Source: an uncultured Verrucomicrobiae bacterium (GTDB taxonomy: Bacteria; Verrucomicrobiota; Verrucomicrobiia; Limisphaerales; UBA8199). Taken from it: a DNA stretch of 64,000 nucleotides. Position 1 is the stretch's first letter; each line of letters begins with the position of its first letter. Positions 22,618-32,762 of this stretch are shown here, in pieces. A program made the translations under genes and the position numbers. The notes below the pieces were generated by a model, which was given only the letters and a program-made list of their open reading frames with translations, was not told where the DNA came from and ran no database searches. The DNA is taken from NCBI GenBank assembly GCA_963822005.1, contig CAWGGD010000044.1, forward strand, positions 13,305 to 77,304, written 5' to 3'.

Positions 22618-22618
22618 C

Positions 22619-22874
22619 CTACTTCTCCAGCGCCCTCCAGAAGTCAGCCAGTTGCTCGGGGCCGAAGTCGGCCAGGATCTTGCCGTCTGCGTCCAGGTAC
22701 CGGCGCAAGGTCATGTCCGGAAAGGCGGATCATTTCGTCGCAGGCAGTCTCATCGGCGGTGACATCAATTCTCTTGTACGCGACTCCCTGTTCGTCCAGC
22801 CAGCGTTCGGCTTTATGACACCACCCGCAGTAGGGTTTGATGAAGAGTCGAACGCGTTTTGGTTTCACACCCAT
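22619..22874 (-). CDS. Glutaredoxin/NrdH-like protein (CGWC), frameshift near 22700
   Basis: LFIKPYCGWCHKA; SG..LAPV then DGKILADFGPEQLADFWRALEK in the next frame. Confidence 0.75.
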
Positions 22875-22957
22875 ACAGTGGCCGAGGTTAGGCGGTTTAT
22901 CAAATGGGAGTTGGTGGTTGGGGCTGGCACACCAGTCGTTGCCAAAGCGCCGCCGTT

Positions 22958-23036
22958 GGGAGGGCGAGCGTCCGCGCGAGCCCAAGTGTCCCAGGATCCT
23001 ATCGGCGAAAATCAGGGCTCGCGGGGACGCTCGCCC
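22958..23036. repeat. REP doublet
   Basis: GGGCGAGCGTCCGCGCGAGCCC ... GGGCTCGCGGGGACGCTCGCCC; related copy at ~19276-19347. Confidence 0.7.
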
Positions 23037-23057
23037 ATTGGCGGCCCTGCCAAGCAA

Positions 23058-23444
23058 TTACGCTCCGCCGATCTGGGCTTTGTACTCCTCGGGCGTCAGG
23101 AGGGCATCGAGCTCGGCTGGGTGGGAGAGCTTAATCTTGTAGAACCAGCCGGCGGCGTAAGGCTCGCTGTTGACGAGGGCGGGATCGGCGACGACCGCCT
23201 CGTTGACCTCGGAGACCTGACCGCTGACGGGCGAGTAAATATCGTTGGCGGTCTTGACCGACTCGACGACGGCGCAGGCGTCGCCGGCCTTGATCTTCCG
23301 CCCGACGTCGGGCACTTCGACGAAGACGATATCGGTCAGCTCATGCTGGGCGTGGTCGGTGATGCCGACCGTCGCCACGTCGCCGGAGACGCGCACCCAT
23401 TCGTGCGTCTTCGCATACTTCAAATCCTTAGGAACTTTTGCCAT
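23058..23444 (-). CDS. gcvH: Glycine cleavage system H protein
   Basis: YAKTHEW, VGITDHAQ, VESVKTA (lipoyl-Lys), NSEPY..GW. Confidence 0.95.
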   Translation of the reverse strand: MAKVPKDLKYAKTHEWVRVSGDVATVGITDHAQHELTDIVFVEVPDVGRKIKAGDACAVVESVKTANDIYSPVSGQVSEVNEAVVADPALVNSEPYAAGWFYKIKLSHPAELDALLTPEEYKAQIGGA

Positions 23445-23475
23445 AAGCCAATTGAGGCAGGGAGTCGGCGGCCGG

Positions 23476-24616
23476 TCAATCCGCTTTTCGATAAATGGGC
23501 TTGGGCACGATGACCGCCGGGGCGCGCCGGGCGCGGATTTCGACCTCAACGCGGTGTGTTGGCTTTGGCAAATTCCGGCGGCACATAGCCCATCCCGATG
23601 CCCACGCCGAGCGACGGGCTTTGGGTGCCGCTCGTGACTTCTCCGATCTTTGCCGCCCCCGGACCCGTGCTCCAGATGGCATAATGCGGGCGCGGCGGGG
23701 CGGACCGATCCGTCATCCTGAACGCCACGAGCTTCCTGGCCGTGCCGCCGGCTTTCTGTTCGGCGAGAACGGCGCGGCCGACGAATTCGCCTTTGTCCAG
23801 GGCGACGAAGAAACCGAGACCCGCCTCGATGGGGGTGGTGTCTTCGTCCAGTTCATGGCCGTAAAGGGGGTAACACACCTCGGTCCGCAGCGTGTCGCGC
23901 GCGCCCAGTCCGGCTGGTTTCAACCCGTGCGGTTGGCCGGCAGCGAGCAGTTGGTTCCAAATCGCCTCGATGCTTTCGCCCAGCGCCACGATCTCAAATC
24001 CATCCTCGCCCGTATAGCCGGTGCGCGAGATCCAAATCGCGGCGCCAGCATGGGCGAAGTTGGCTACCTGGTTCTTCTTCAAATCCGTCACCTGCTCCAC
24101 CATGGTACCGCTCGTGGCCGGGCCGGGAAAACAGCGGTTGATGAACTCCACTACGCGTGGGCCCTGGACAGCCAGTGCGGCGGCATAGTCTGAATGATTA
24201 TGGAGCTTAACTTCGTTGCGGCGGGGAAACGCGGCTAGTTGCTGATCGAGCCACGCGACATCGGCATCGGTGCGGGAGGCGTTGATGACCAGGAAATACT
24301 CGTTGGCCGCGAGCCGATAGGCGTAAAGGTCATCAATGACGCCGCCGCGTTCGTTGCACATCAGCGTGTATTGCCCCTGGCCGTCGGCCAGTTTGCGCAG
24401 GTCGTTGGTGAGGGTGTGATTGAGAAAAGCCTCCGCGGCAGGGCCCATGATCGTGACCTCGCCCATGTGGGAGATGTCGAACAGGCCGGCGGCTTGACGC
24501 ACGGCCAAGTGCTCGTCGGTGATGCTGGTGTACTGCACCGGCATCTCCCAGCCGCCGAATTCGATGAGCTTGCCGCCGAGCTTGTGATGAGCCGAGCAGA
24601 GCGGGGTGCGTTTCAT
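23476..24616 (-). CDS. gcvT: Glycine cleavage system T protein, frameshift near 23550
   Basis: [47 protein letters not shown]. Confidence 0.95.
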
Positions 24617-24955
24617 CCGCCGAGCATTCGCGGATTCTGGAAGGCTCATCAAGCACATTTTGACGGCCGTTGGTGCCCGTTACACTTCGCGGCCTGGATG
24701 GCGTGTTTCTGGCAAGTGGAACTCTGCTGGAATCGGATGCCGCCGCCCCTGTCAACCCGGCAGGGGTTGACAGAAGGTAGCGGTGGTCGCCAGGGGTTTG
24801 AGAGTGGCGACCGCCGGGTAATGCGCCGCAGAGGCCATGCACCGCGGCAAGGGGTGACAGAAAGACCTTGCCAGCACACCGCACGGGTCTTGGTCTCGCT
24901 CAGGCCGTCGGCCTGGAAGGCGCAAACAATAGAGCTCAAGGCAACGCCGCCTTCC

Positions 24956-25412
24956 GCCTGAAAGGCACAGATAATAGAGCCCAGGGCAACGCCCTGGGAA
25001 TACCGTCCGCACCAATCTCAAGCCCTGAAAGGGCGGCACAACGACCACACCCCTCTCCTGTCCCCATGCGATTAAACCTAAAAGCCGCAGTTGACTTGTT
25101 TCCGCGGCTAAGAAATGGCCCGCGAACCACGCTAAACACGCGAAGAAGCGCAGCCTCGAACTCCTGTCTTCGCTGCGGTCACCGTTCACCTCCCGGGTGA
25201 AGCCGCTTTTCCTCACGCACCTTCGTTTTGCCCTTTGTTTTAGCGTGTTTAGCATGTTTAGCGGGAAATCCAATTGCGGTTTTTAGGTTAAACCCACCCA
25301 CGCACAAATCTGTGAGCAGGCCAATTCTGCCGCCTTTCAGGGCTTTGCGGGGGATGGGCACGTCTATTCCCAGGGCGTTGCCCTGGGCTTTACTATTTCA
25401 GCCCTTTGGGCT
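24956..25412. repeat. Nested inverted repeat (MITE/REPIN-like)
   Basis: GCCCAGGGCAACGCCCTGGG + GCCCTGAAAGGGC at left, reverse-complement copies at right; inner CACGCTAAACACGCG / TTTAGCGTGTTTAGC pair. Confidence 0.7.
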
Positions 25413-25509
25413 GCTGCGGCGCATCCCCATGCCGGTTCGCTCGTCCGCAATGCCGAGGAGTTTCGCTGTCTGGCCGCCGGGGAATCAACCCCGGCATTGA
25501 AGGACGAAC

Positions 25510-25630
25510 CGCCGCACAGGATGAGGTAGTGCAACGGCGAAGTGTCCGAGACAACGACGCTCACGAGTGGGCGAGGATTCTGTCCAGCTTCGTGTTATCA
25601 GCTTCCAAGTCCGCAGGGGAGTAATTCAGC
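25510..25630 (-). pseudogene. Remnant UPF0175-like antitoxin C-terminus + DUF3368/PIN-like toxin N-terminus
   Basis: LNYSPADLEADNTKLDRILAHS* overlapping (GTGA) with VSVVVSDTSPLHYLILCG, both cut short. Confidence 0.6.
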
Positions 25631-26138
25631 GTTGACGATGGCTGTTACCTCTGGTTTTGGATTGGCCGACACGACGGATATGAACGCCTTTTGCGCAGGC
25701 TTTAATTCCTGCAACCGCATGGATCGCCCGCACACATGCACCGATTCAGAATCCGGGCGGGTTGGCGTGGAATGGCCCGGGGGCGTTGAGCTCTGCGCGG
25801 ATGCATGCATCAGGCAATGACCGGTTCTGACTCTGAAGCGGAACTCCACTCGGCACCGCGGCTTTGCGCGAAGGCGCGAAAAGGAATCAATAACGAAGGC
25901 AGAAGAGAGGGGGACTAGAGACAGGGTTACAGGATGGTCGGGATGATGCTGTCCCGAACTGAATCCTGCAAATCCGATGCATCTCGTCAGGCGATCTACC
26001 GGTCGTTCCGGGGTTGCCTGAGTTAATCCCGCCGCACAAGAATGGCTTTGTGAGAGGCGGAATTGACGGCAAACTTGGCCATGGATGAGGTTGAAATAGC
26101 CACTCGCCGCCAAACGAAGGTTTTGGCACAGTGCGAGA

Positions 26139-26948
26139 ATGCTGCTGTACAAGTACGCCAAAGCGCAACGGGGCATCACGATCCTGCGGGACCTTCGATT
26201 GAGGGTCAGCCCTCCTGGCGACTTCAATGACCCTTTTGAGTTCACCCCGACTACGACAGATCCGCTCAACGACCCCTCAGAATTGAATGAATACTTGTTA
26301 GCCTGCGGCGAGAATTCATCCCGCGAGAGGCTTGAGAAGCTGACTCCTGTCTACAAGGCATGTAGCCAAGCCGCCAAGGACTTTGGCCCGAACATGGTGG
26401 CTGCCGATCTGACTTCCCGACGCGAGGCAAGTAGACACTTCGGCGTCCTCTGCCTATCTGAACTGCGGTCGGACATCCGCATGTGGGCGCATTACGGCGA
26501 CAATAATCGTGGCGTAGCAGTCGGCCTAGACTTTGATAACGAGATTTCCGGCATCGAGGGAGTAATACACTTCGGCGCGGTGGGATACGAGCCGAGCAGG
26601 CCGCCGCTCGATCCCATGGTCACTGGGGGTGCAGAGTTTCACAAACAGATGTTGAGAATCACGATGACCAAGAGCATTGATTGGAGCTACGAGCGGGAGC
26701 ACCGAATGATTCTCAGACTCGATAGGCTCCAAAGAGAACAAGGAGGCCAATGTGACCCTCCGGTGCTCGACTACTTCCTGCACATTCGCCCTGAGACTAT
26801 TTGTGAGGTTGTGATGGGGTGCTCTATCTCCGAGCATGACGAGCAGCTAATTCGCGGCTTTCATGCGGCAAGACTGCCCCATGTAAAGTTGTTCAAGCTG
26901 AAGCGGCACGACACGCAGTTCAAGTTGGAACCCGACCCAGTGCTTTAA
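26139..26948 (+). CDS. DUF2971 domain protein
   Basis: LYKY, FNDPFE, CLSE....RMWAHYG, TKS.DWSYEREHR. Confidence 0.85.
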   Translation: MLLYKYAKAQRGITILRDLRLRVSPPGDFNDPFEFTPTTTDPLNDPSELNEYLLACGENSSRERLEKLTPVYKACSQAAKDFGPNMVAADLTSRREASRHFGVLCLSELRSDIRMWAHYGDNNRGVAVGLDFDNEISGIEGVIHFGAVGYEPSRPPLDPMVTGGAEFHKQMLRITMTKSIDWSYEREHRMILRLDRLQREQGGQCDPPVLDYFLHIRPETICEVVMGCSISEHDEQLIRGFHAARLPHVKLFKLKRHDTQFKLEPDPVL

Positions 26949-27002
26949 CCAACTCCCTTTCATGCGGCTTGTTGTTCGGTTGTATCCTACTATCCTGCCT
27001 TC

Positions 27003-28684
27003 ATGAAACCGAATGGCATGCTTTGGGTGCTTCCGCTTCTCATACTGGGTCCAGCTACCTTCCGATCGTCTGCTCAACAGGCTGGAGCTGACCTTAAGTT
27101 GTTTGGGGAGGTCAAGGCTAAAGCGGAAAGAGGCGATGCCGAATCGCAGAACTGCATGGGTAGAGCGTTCTACTTTGGCAACCTTGGCGTGGCGAAGGAT
27201 TACGGGCGGGCGGTGAAGTGGTTTCGGAAGGCCGCCGAGCAGAATGATGCCGCGGCTCAATACAGTCTGGGCGTCTGCTACGGCAGTGGCCAAGGCGTCG
27301 CAAGGGATGAGCCGGAAGCCGTGAACTGGTATCGGAAAGCCGCCGAGCAGAATTACGCTTCGGCTCAGAACAATTTGGGCTTCTGCTACGCCATTGGACA
27401 AGGGGTGGCGAAGGATGAAGTGCAGGCGGTGAAATGGTATCGAAAAGCCGCCGAGCAGAATGAAGCCTCGGCTCAGAACAATCTGGGCTTCTGCTACGCC
27501 ATTGGACAAGGGGTGGCGAAGGATGAGGTGGAGGCGCTAAGGTGGTATCGGAAGGCCGCCGGGCAGGATGACGCGGTGGCTCAACGCAACCTGGGTGCCT
27601 GCTACGCCATTGGACAAGGGGTGGCGAGGGATGATGTGGAGGCGGTGAGGTGGTATCGGAAGGCCGCCGGGCAGGATGACGCGGTGGCTCAATACAATCT
27701 GGGCTTCTGCTACGCCAATGGCCAAGGCGTGGCGAAGGATGAAGTGGAGGCGGTGAGGTGGTATCGGAAGGCCGCCGGGCAGAATAACGCCTCGGCTCAG
27801 AACAATCTGGGCTTCTGCTACGCCAATGGCCAAGGCGTGGCGAAGGATGAAGTGGAGGCGGTGAGGTGGTATCGGAAGGCCGCTGAGCAGAATGAAGCCG
27901 CGGCTCAGATGCAATCTGGGCTTCTGCTACGCCAATGGCCAAGGCGTGGTGAAGGATGAAGCGGAGGCGGTGAGGTGGTATCGCAAGGCTGCCGAGCAGA
28001 ATGAAGCCTCGGCTCAGAACAATCTGGGTGCCTGCTACGCCATGGGCAAGGCGTGGCGAAGGACGGGGTAGAGGCGCTGAAATGGTTTCGCAAAGCCGCC
28101 GAGCAGAATTCGCTGAGGCCCAACGCATCTGGGCCTGCTATCACGATGGTCAAGGCGTGGCCAAGGATCATGCCGAGGCGGTCAAGTGGTATCGGAAAGC
28201 CGCCGAGCAGGGTAACGCGAGGGCTCAATACAATCTGGGGGTCTGCTGCGCCAATGGCCAAGGCGTGGCTAAGGATTACGTCGAGGGTTACAAGTGGGTT
28301 CTGCTGGCGGCGGCACAGGGTGATGATGGCGCAAGAAAGAGTGTGAGCATACTCGAAGGTGTGATGACACGGGAGCAAATTGCGGAGGGCCAGAAGCTGG
28401 CGCGCGATTTCAGGCCGCGGGCGGCGCCTGCCCCCGGGGGCGACAGTTCAGCAGCGAGTATTGTGCAGACACGCCCGGAAATTTCCGGTACCGGATTCTT
28501 CATCACGGAGGATGGATATCTGATTACCAATGAACATGTGGCCGGGAACGGGGCGCAGGTGCGATTGGTCACTGAGGCTGGATTGCTCGCTGCCAAGATC
28601 GTGAAGGTGGATGCGGCGAATGACTTGGCACTGCTGAAGGTGGACGGGAGGTTTGCGGCCTTGGCCGTGGAGAGAAGGCGGTGA
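27003..28684 (+). CDS. Secreted SEL1-like repeat protein with truncated trypsin-like protease domain; frameshifted
   Basis: Signal peptide; ~108-bp tandem repeats AQ.NLG.CY..GQGVAKD..EAV.WYRKAAEQ; GTGFFI...TNEHV...DLALLK then a stop before the catalytic Ser motif. Confidence 0.85.
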
Positions 28685-28901
28685 AGTTGCCACCTGCTAT
28701 GCCCAATCTCTATCGTGCTTGGTTGCGGCTGGCCCGCGCTGCGCTGTATCGCGGGTTTGTAACGTGCCGGTTTTTGGTCAATGCGGGTGGGCTTTGGAAG
28801 GCGAACACTCTGCCAACACATCGGTAAAGCGGCAGCAAGCAGATTTTGAGGGCCGTTGTCTTTGCCCGTGTCGTCGGCTACAGTGCGCGCCATGGATAAA
28901 G

Positions 28902-29954
28902 ATGAAGACCCCAGCCTTTCCCATGCACCCCATCCGCCGCGCGGTCATTGATGTCGGCACCAACTCGGTGAAGCTGCTGGTGGCCGATGTGGCCGGCCAG
29001 GAGATTCGGCCGGTTCGCGAGCAGAGCCACCAGACGCGGCTGGGGGCGGGGTTTTACGAGACGCACCGGCTGAAGGCCGAAGCAATTGACGCTACGGCGA
29101 AGGCTGTGGCCGAGTTTGCCGCGGCGGCGCGCGAGGCCCAGGCCGGATCGGTGCGCGTGATCGCCACCAGCGCCGCGCGCGAGGCGGTGAACCGTGAGGA
29201 GTTGACGGCGGCGATCGAGCAGGCGTCCGGCTTGAAGGTCGAGGTCATCTCGGGCGAGCAGGAGGCGGCTTGGGGATTTGCGGGCGTGACCACCGACCTG
29301 GAACTGGCGCAGGCGTCGTTGCTGCTGCTGGACGTGGGGGGCGGGAGCACCCAGATGGTTTTCGGTCGGGGCGGACACAAGCTTTTCCGTCAGAGCTTTC
29401 CGCTCGGCAGCGTGCGGCTGTTGGAGACGCTCCCGTGCAGCGACCCGCCCAAGCCGGCCGAATTGGCGGCCTGCCGCCAGTGGCTGAAGGATTTCCTCGA
29501 AAGGGAAGTGCGGCCGCGACTGCTACCGGAGATGGGGGCCAGCAAGCAGAGGGCAGCGGGCAGAGGTCAGAGGTCAGAGGCAGATCAGAGTCTCCTTACG
29601 TCGGCTGCTACGGAATTGGGAGAGGTGCTACTGGTGGGAGTGGGCGGTGCGGCGAGCATCCTCGGGTGCATGGAGTCCGGACTCGTGGCGTTCGACCGGG
29701 GGCGGCTCGAGGCGACGCGCCTGAGCGCAGCGCGCGTGTGCTGGCACCTGGAGCGGCTATGGAGTTTGCCGCTGGAAGAGCGGCGGAAGATCATCGGCCT
29801 GCCGAAGAACCGCGCGGACGTCATCCTGATGGGGGTGGCGATCTACCAGGCAATGATGGAGGCATTCGGTTTTCGCGAGCTGCGCATCAGCACGCGCGGG
29901 CTGCGGTTTGCGGCGGTGCGGGAGGGCGGGGCGAGTGACCAGAGGCTGGGGTAG
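28902..29954 (+). CDS. ppx: Ppx/GppA family exopolyphosphatase
   Basis: IDVGTNSVKL, ATSAAREA.N, ISGEQEA, DVGGGSTQ, RADVI, GLR. Confidence 0.88.
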   Translation: MKTPAFPMHPIRRAVIDVGTNSVKLLVADVAGQEIRPVREQSHQTRLGAGFYETHRLKAEAIDATAKAVAEFAAAAREAQAGSVRVIATSAAREAVNREELTAAIEQASGLKVEVISGEQEAAWGFAGVTTDLELAQASLLLLDVGGGSTQMVFGRGGHKLFRQSFPLGSVRLLETLPCSDPPKPAELAACRQWLKDFLEREVRPRLLPEMGASKQRAAGRGQRSEADQSLLTSAATELGEVLLVGVGGAASILGCMESGLVAFDRGRLEATRLSAARVCWHLERLWSLPLEERRKIIGLPKNRADVILMGVAIYQAMMEAFGFRELRISTRGLRFAAVREGGASDQRLG

Positions 29955-29990
29955 CCCCGGTGGGGCGGCGAACATCACAGGAGAGTGGGT

Positions 29991-31400
29991 TCAGGCAGGG
30001 GGCTCTGGGTCGCGAGTGAGCGCCTCGGGCGGCACGAGCCAGCGAGCGGCATCTATTTCGGCGATCAGTTCGTTGCGCAAAGCGAGCAAGTGACGGGCGC
30101 TGATGGGCGCCCGCAGCCGCACCCAGGCGCAGCGGGCGCTGGCGGCGAAGCGGCGCAGCCCGCGCAGGTAGTAATGCGCCACGAGGCTGGCGATGGGCAA
30201 GGAGAGCGCGTACCAGAGGCTGGCCGGCCAGCCGAAGAGCGCGTGGAAGATCGCCAGATAAGCGCCATAGCAGAGGCCAAAACTCACCACGCCGGCGAGG
30301 ATGGCGGTGGTGGAGACATGGGTTCTATCGGTGTCGAGCTGGGCGAAGCGTTTAATGGCCCAGCGGATGACGAGGATGGGGAGCAAGCGGTGGAGCCAGC
30401 CGTACACCGCGACCGGCAGCAGGACCAGGCCGAGAAGCGTCCACGTAAGGCTTTGCCACAAGAGTTGCATTCGGCCGGAGAAGTGGGCCAGTTCTTCGTC
30501 GGAGAGGTTGAGGCGCTTCAGCCAGCGTTCAAAGTGATCCAGCTTGCGCGCGAAAGCGGCGGCGCGGTCAGGGTGATGCTCATAGGTGTAATCCACGGCC
30601 CGGGCGATGGCCTGGGTGAGGAGTAACTCGCCGGCGCGCGGGGAAACGGGTTCGTGGACGACGCGGTTGGCGACGCGCAGGTGGTCGAGGTAGAGGCGTT
30701 TGACGGCTTGGACCAGGCGCGCCCGCTCGAGGCGGTCGAGGTGGAGGATCAGGGATTCGATCCGCCGCTCGATTTCGGCGGTGAGGCGGCGGATGGCTTC
30801 ATGCCGGTTTTCAGGGTAGCCGGCGAGCCAATCCGCCACGGCAATGGGCTGGCCGAAATTGACGAGCACGTCGCTGCGGTAGCGCTCCTTAGCCGAGAAG
30901 GTCAGGCCGACGGGCACAAGGCGGAGGCCGAGCTTGCCGGCGTGGCGATGCTCCAGTTCGAGGGCCATGCGAGCGGCGCCGGTCTTGACGGTCTTGAGCT
31001 GGGGATCGTCATGGGTGATGCCCTCGGGAAAGATGCCGATGGCTTCGCCGCGTTCGAGCACGCGGAAACAGGCCTCGAAGGTGTCCAGGACCGTGCGCAT
31101 GGCGCGCGGGTCGTCTTTGACGCGGTTGATGGGGATGACGCCGCAGCGGGTGAGGAGCCAGCGGAGCGGCGCGAAGCGGAAAAGCTGGACGGTGGCGACA
31201 AAGTTGACCTTGCGCGGCACGGATGCGCCGATGACAAAGGCGTCGGTAACCGAGTTCGGGTGATTGGAGGTGAAGAGCACCGGCCCGGTGGCGGGCACTC
31301 GCTCCTGGTGAAAGCGCTCGATGCGGCTGAAGTAAAAGCCCAGCGCAAGACGGAGCAGCCCGTGCCCGAGGCGGTAAAGCAGTGGGTCAGTCGCGTTCAT
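29991..31400 (-). CDS. Phospholipid/glycerol acyltransferase (PlsC domain) with C-terminal TMs
   Basis: NHPNSVTD (HX4D), IFPEG, KTGAAR. Confidence 0.85.
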   Translation of the reverse strand: MNATDPLLYRLGHGLLRLALGFYFSRIERFHQERVPATGPVLFTSNHPNSVTDAFVIGASVPRKVNFVATVQLFRFAPLRWLLTRCGVIPINRVKDDPRAMRTVLDTFEACFRVLERGEAIGIFPEGITHDDPQLKTVKTGAARMALELEHRHAGKLGLRLVPVGLTFSAKERYRSDVLVNFGQPIAVADWLAGYPENRHEAIRRLTAEIERRIESLILHLDRLERARLVQAVKRLYLDHLRVANRVVHEPVSPRAGELLLTQAIARAVDYTYEHHPDRAAAFARKLDHFERWLKRLNLSDEELAHFSGRMQLLWQSLTWTLLGLVLLPVAVYGWLHRLLPILVIRWAIKRFAQLDTDRTHVSTTAILAGVVSFGLCYGAYLAIFHALFGWPASLWYALSLPIASLVAHYYLRGLRRFAASARCAWVRLRAPISARHLLALRNELIAEIDAARWLVPPEALTRDPEPPA

Positions 31401-31677
31401 AAACGGGGCGTACAAGCCAACCTTCTGGTAACGGGTCTGGCCAGCCCGGTCAAAGGCAATCCGCAGTCGCCGCCAGCAGGGCAGGAGTTGCGCGCAGGCG
31501 GTTGCGTTCCAGTAATCGCTGTGGCCGCAGCGGGTGAGTTTCGCTCGGCAGGCCAACTGGCCCGTGATCGGCTTCGAGCGCCGCCGGCTACCTCCAGCCC
31601 CAGCGGCTTGCGCCCGCCGAGCAACTGCCCCAGCGACAGACCTCCTGACCCGTGGAAACTGGGTGAGCCTGCCGACG

Positions 31678-31742
31678 ACCCCTCTCCCGCCCTGAAGGGC
31701 ACCCTCTCCCCCTCCAAGGGGGAGAGGGACGGGGAGAGGGGG
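31678..31742. repeat. Palindromic REP-like element
   Basis: CCCTCTCCC...CCCTCTCCCCCTCCAAGGGGGAGAGGG...GGGAGAGGG. Confidence 0.65.
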
Positions 31743-31932
31743 CTCACGTCAATTCCCTGTTCCACTCTAATCCAAGCTTGCGGCTCAGGAGTTCGGAACC
31801 TCTCGTCCCGACGCTCGGCCGTCTCGGGTTGACAGGTAGCCCAAGGAATTGCTACTTAGTGCGTTAACGCCCAATCTGGGGCGGGCTCGGGCTCCAATGC
31901 TCCCGAATCTGACCCCACTTTGCTGGCATTGC

Positions 31933-32748
31933 ATGAATACGCGACTAAGACAAATCCGCCATGTCGCCCTCGACATGGACGGCACCATTTACAGCGGCGG
32001 CACGCTGTTCGAGTCCACCCGGCCGTTTCTGACTTTGCTGGGGGAGCTGGGCATCGGACATACGTTCCTGACGAACAACTCTTCCAAGAGCGCCAAGGAC
32101 TACCTCGCGCGCCTGCGCCAGATCGGGATCGCCGCGAGCACCGACCAGCTTTACACCTCCACGCAGGCGACAATCGAGCATCTGCGGGAGCAGATGCCGG
32201 CGGTGAAGCGCCTGTTTGTGCTCGGCACGGCCAGCATGAGCCGGGAGTTGGAGGCCGCCGGATTCGTCCTGACAGCCGACAGCGCCGACGACGAGCCGGA
32301 CGGGGTGCTGGTGGGATTCGACACCGAGCTGACCTATCCCCGGCTGTGCCGCACGGCGTATTGGATCAGCAAGGGCAAGCCGTTCGTCGCCACGCATCCC
32401 GACCGGATTTGCCCGACGGACCAGCCCACCGTGCTGGTGGACTGCGGCGCCATCTGCGCCGCGCTGAAAGAGGCGGCCGGTCGCGCCCCGGACGTTGTCC
32501 TGGGCAAGCCCGATCCGTGCATGTTGCGCGGCATCCTGCACCGTCACGCGCTCAAGCCGGCGCAGCTCGCGATGGTAGGGGACCGTTTGTACACCGACGT
32601 GGCAATGGCTCACCGGGCTGGGGCGTTAGGGGTGCTGGTGCTCACCGGCGAGACCACCGCGGCGGCGGCCGCCAAACATTTACCCCCGCCCGACTTGGTA
32701 GTGTCCGGCTTGGCGGAGCTGGGCGAGCGGCTGCAGGACGCCAGGTAA
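31933..32748 (+). CDS. HAD-IIA hydrolase (NagD-like)
   Basis: DMDGT, LTNNSS, GKP, MVGDRLYTD, VLTGET. Confidence 0.9.
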   Translation: MNTRLRQIRHVALDMDGTIYSGGTLFESTRPFLTLLGELGIGHTFLTNNSSKSAKDYLARLRQIGIAASTDQLYTSTQATIEHLREQMPAVKRLFVLGTASMSRELEAAGFVLTADSADDEPDGVLVGFDTELTYPRLCRTAYWISKGKPFVATHPDRICPTDQPTVLVDCGAICAALKEAAGRAPDVVLGKPDPCMLRGILHRHALKPAQLAMVGDRLYTDVAMAHRAGALGVLVLTGETTAAAAAKHLPPPDLVVSGLAELGERLQDAR

Positions 32749-32762
32749 CAGAAAGGTTCACT

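Noticed and set aside
24660-24970. Glycine riboswitch upstream of gcvT
   Set aside because: The CTTTCAGG-like match belongs to a REP hairpin; the other conserved aptamer motifs were not found in order
27150-28300. CRISPR-like regular repeats
   Set aside because: The ~108-bp period is coding SEL1 repeats; no unique spacers and no cas genes
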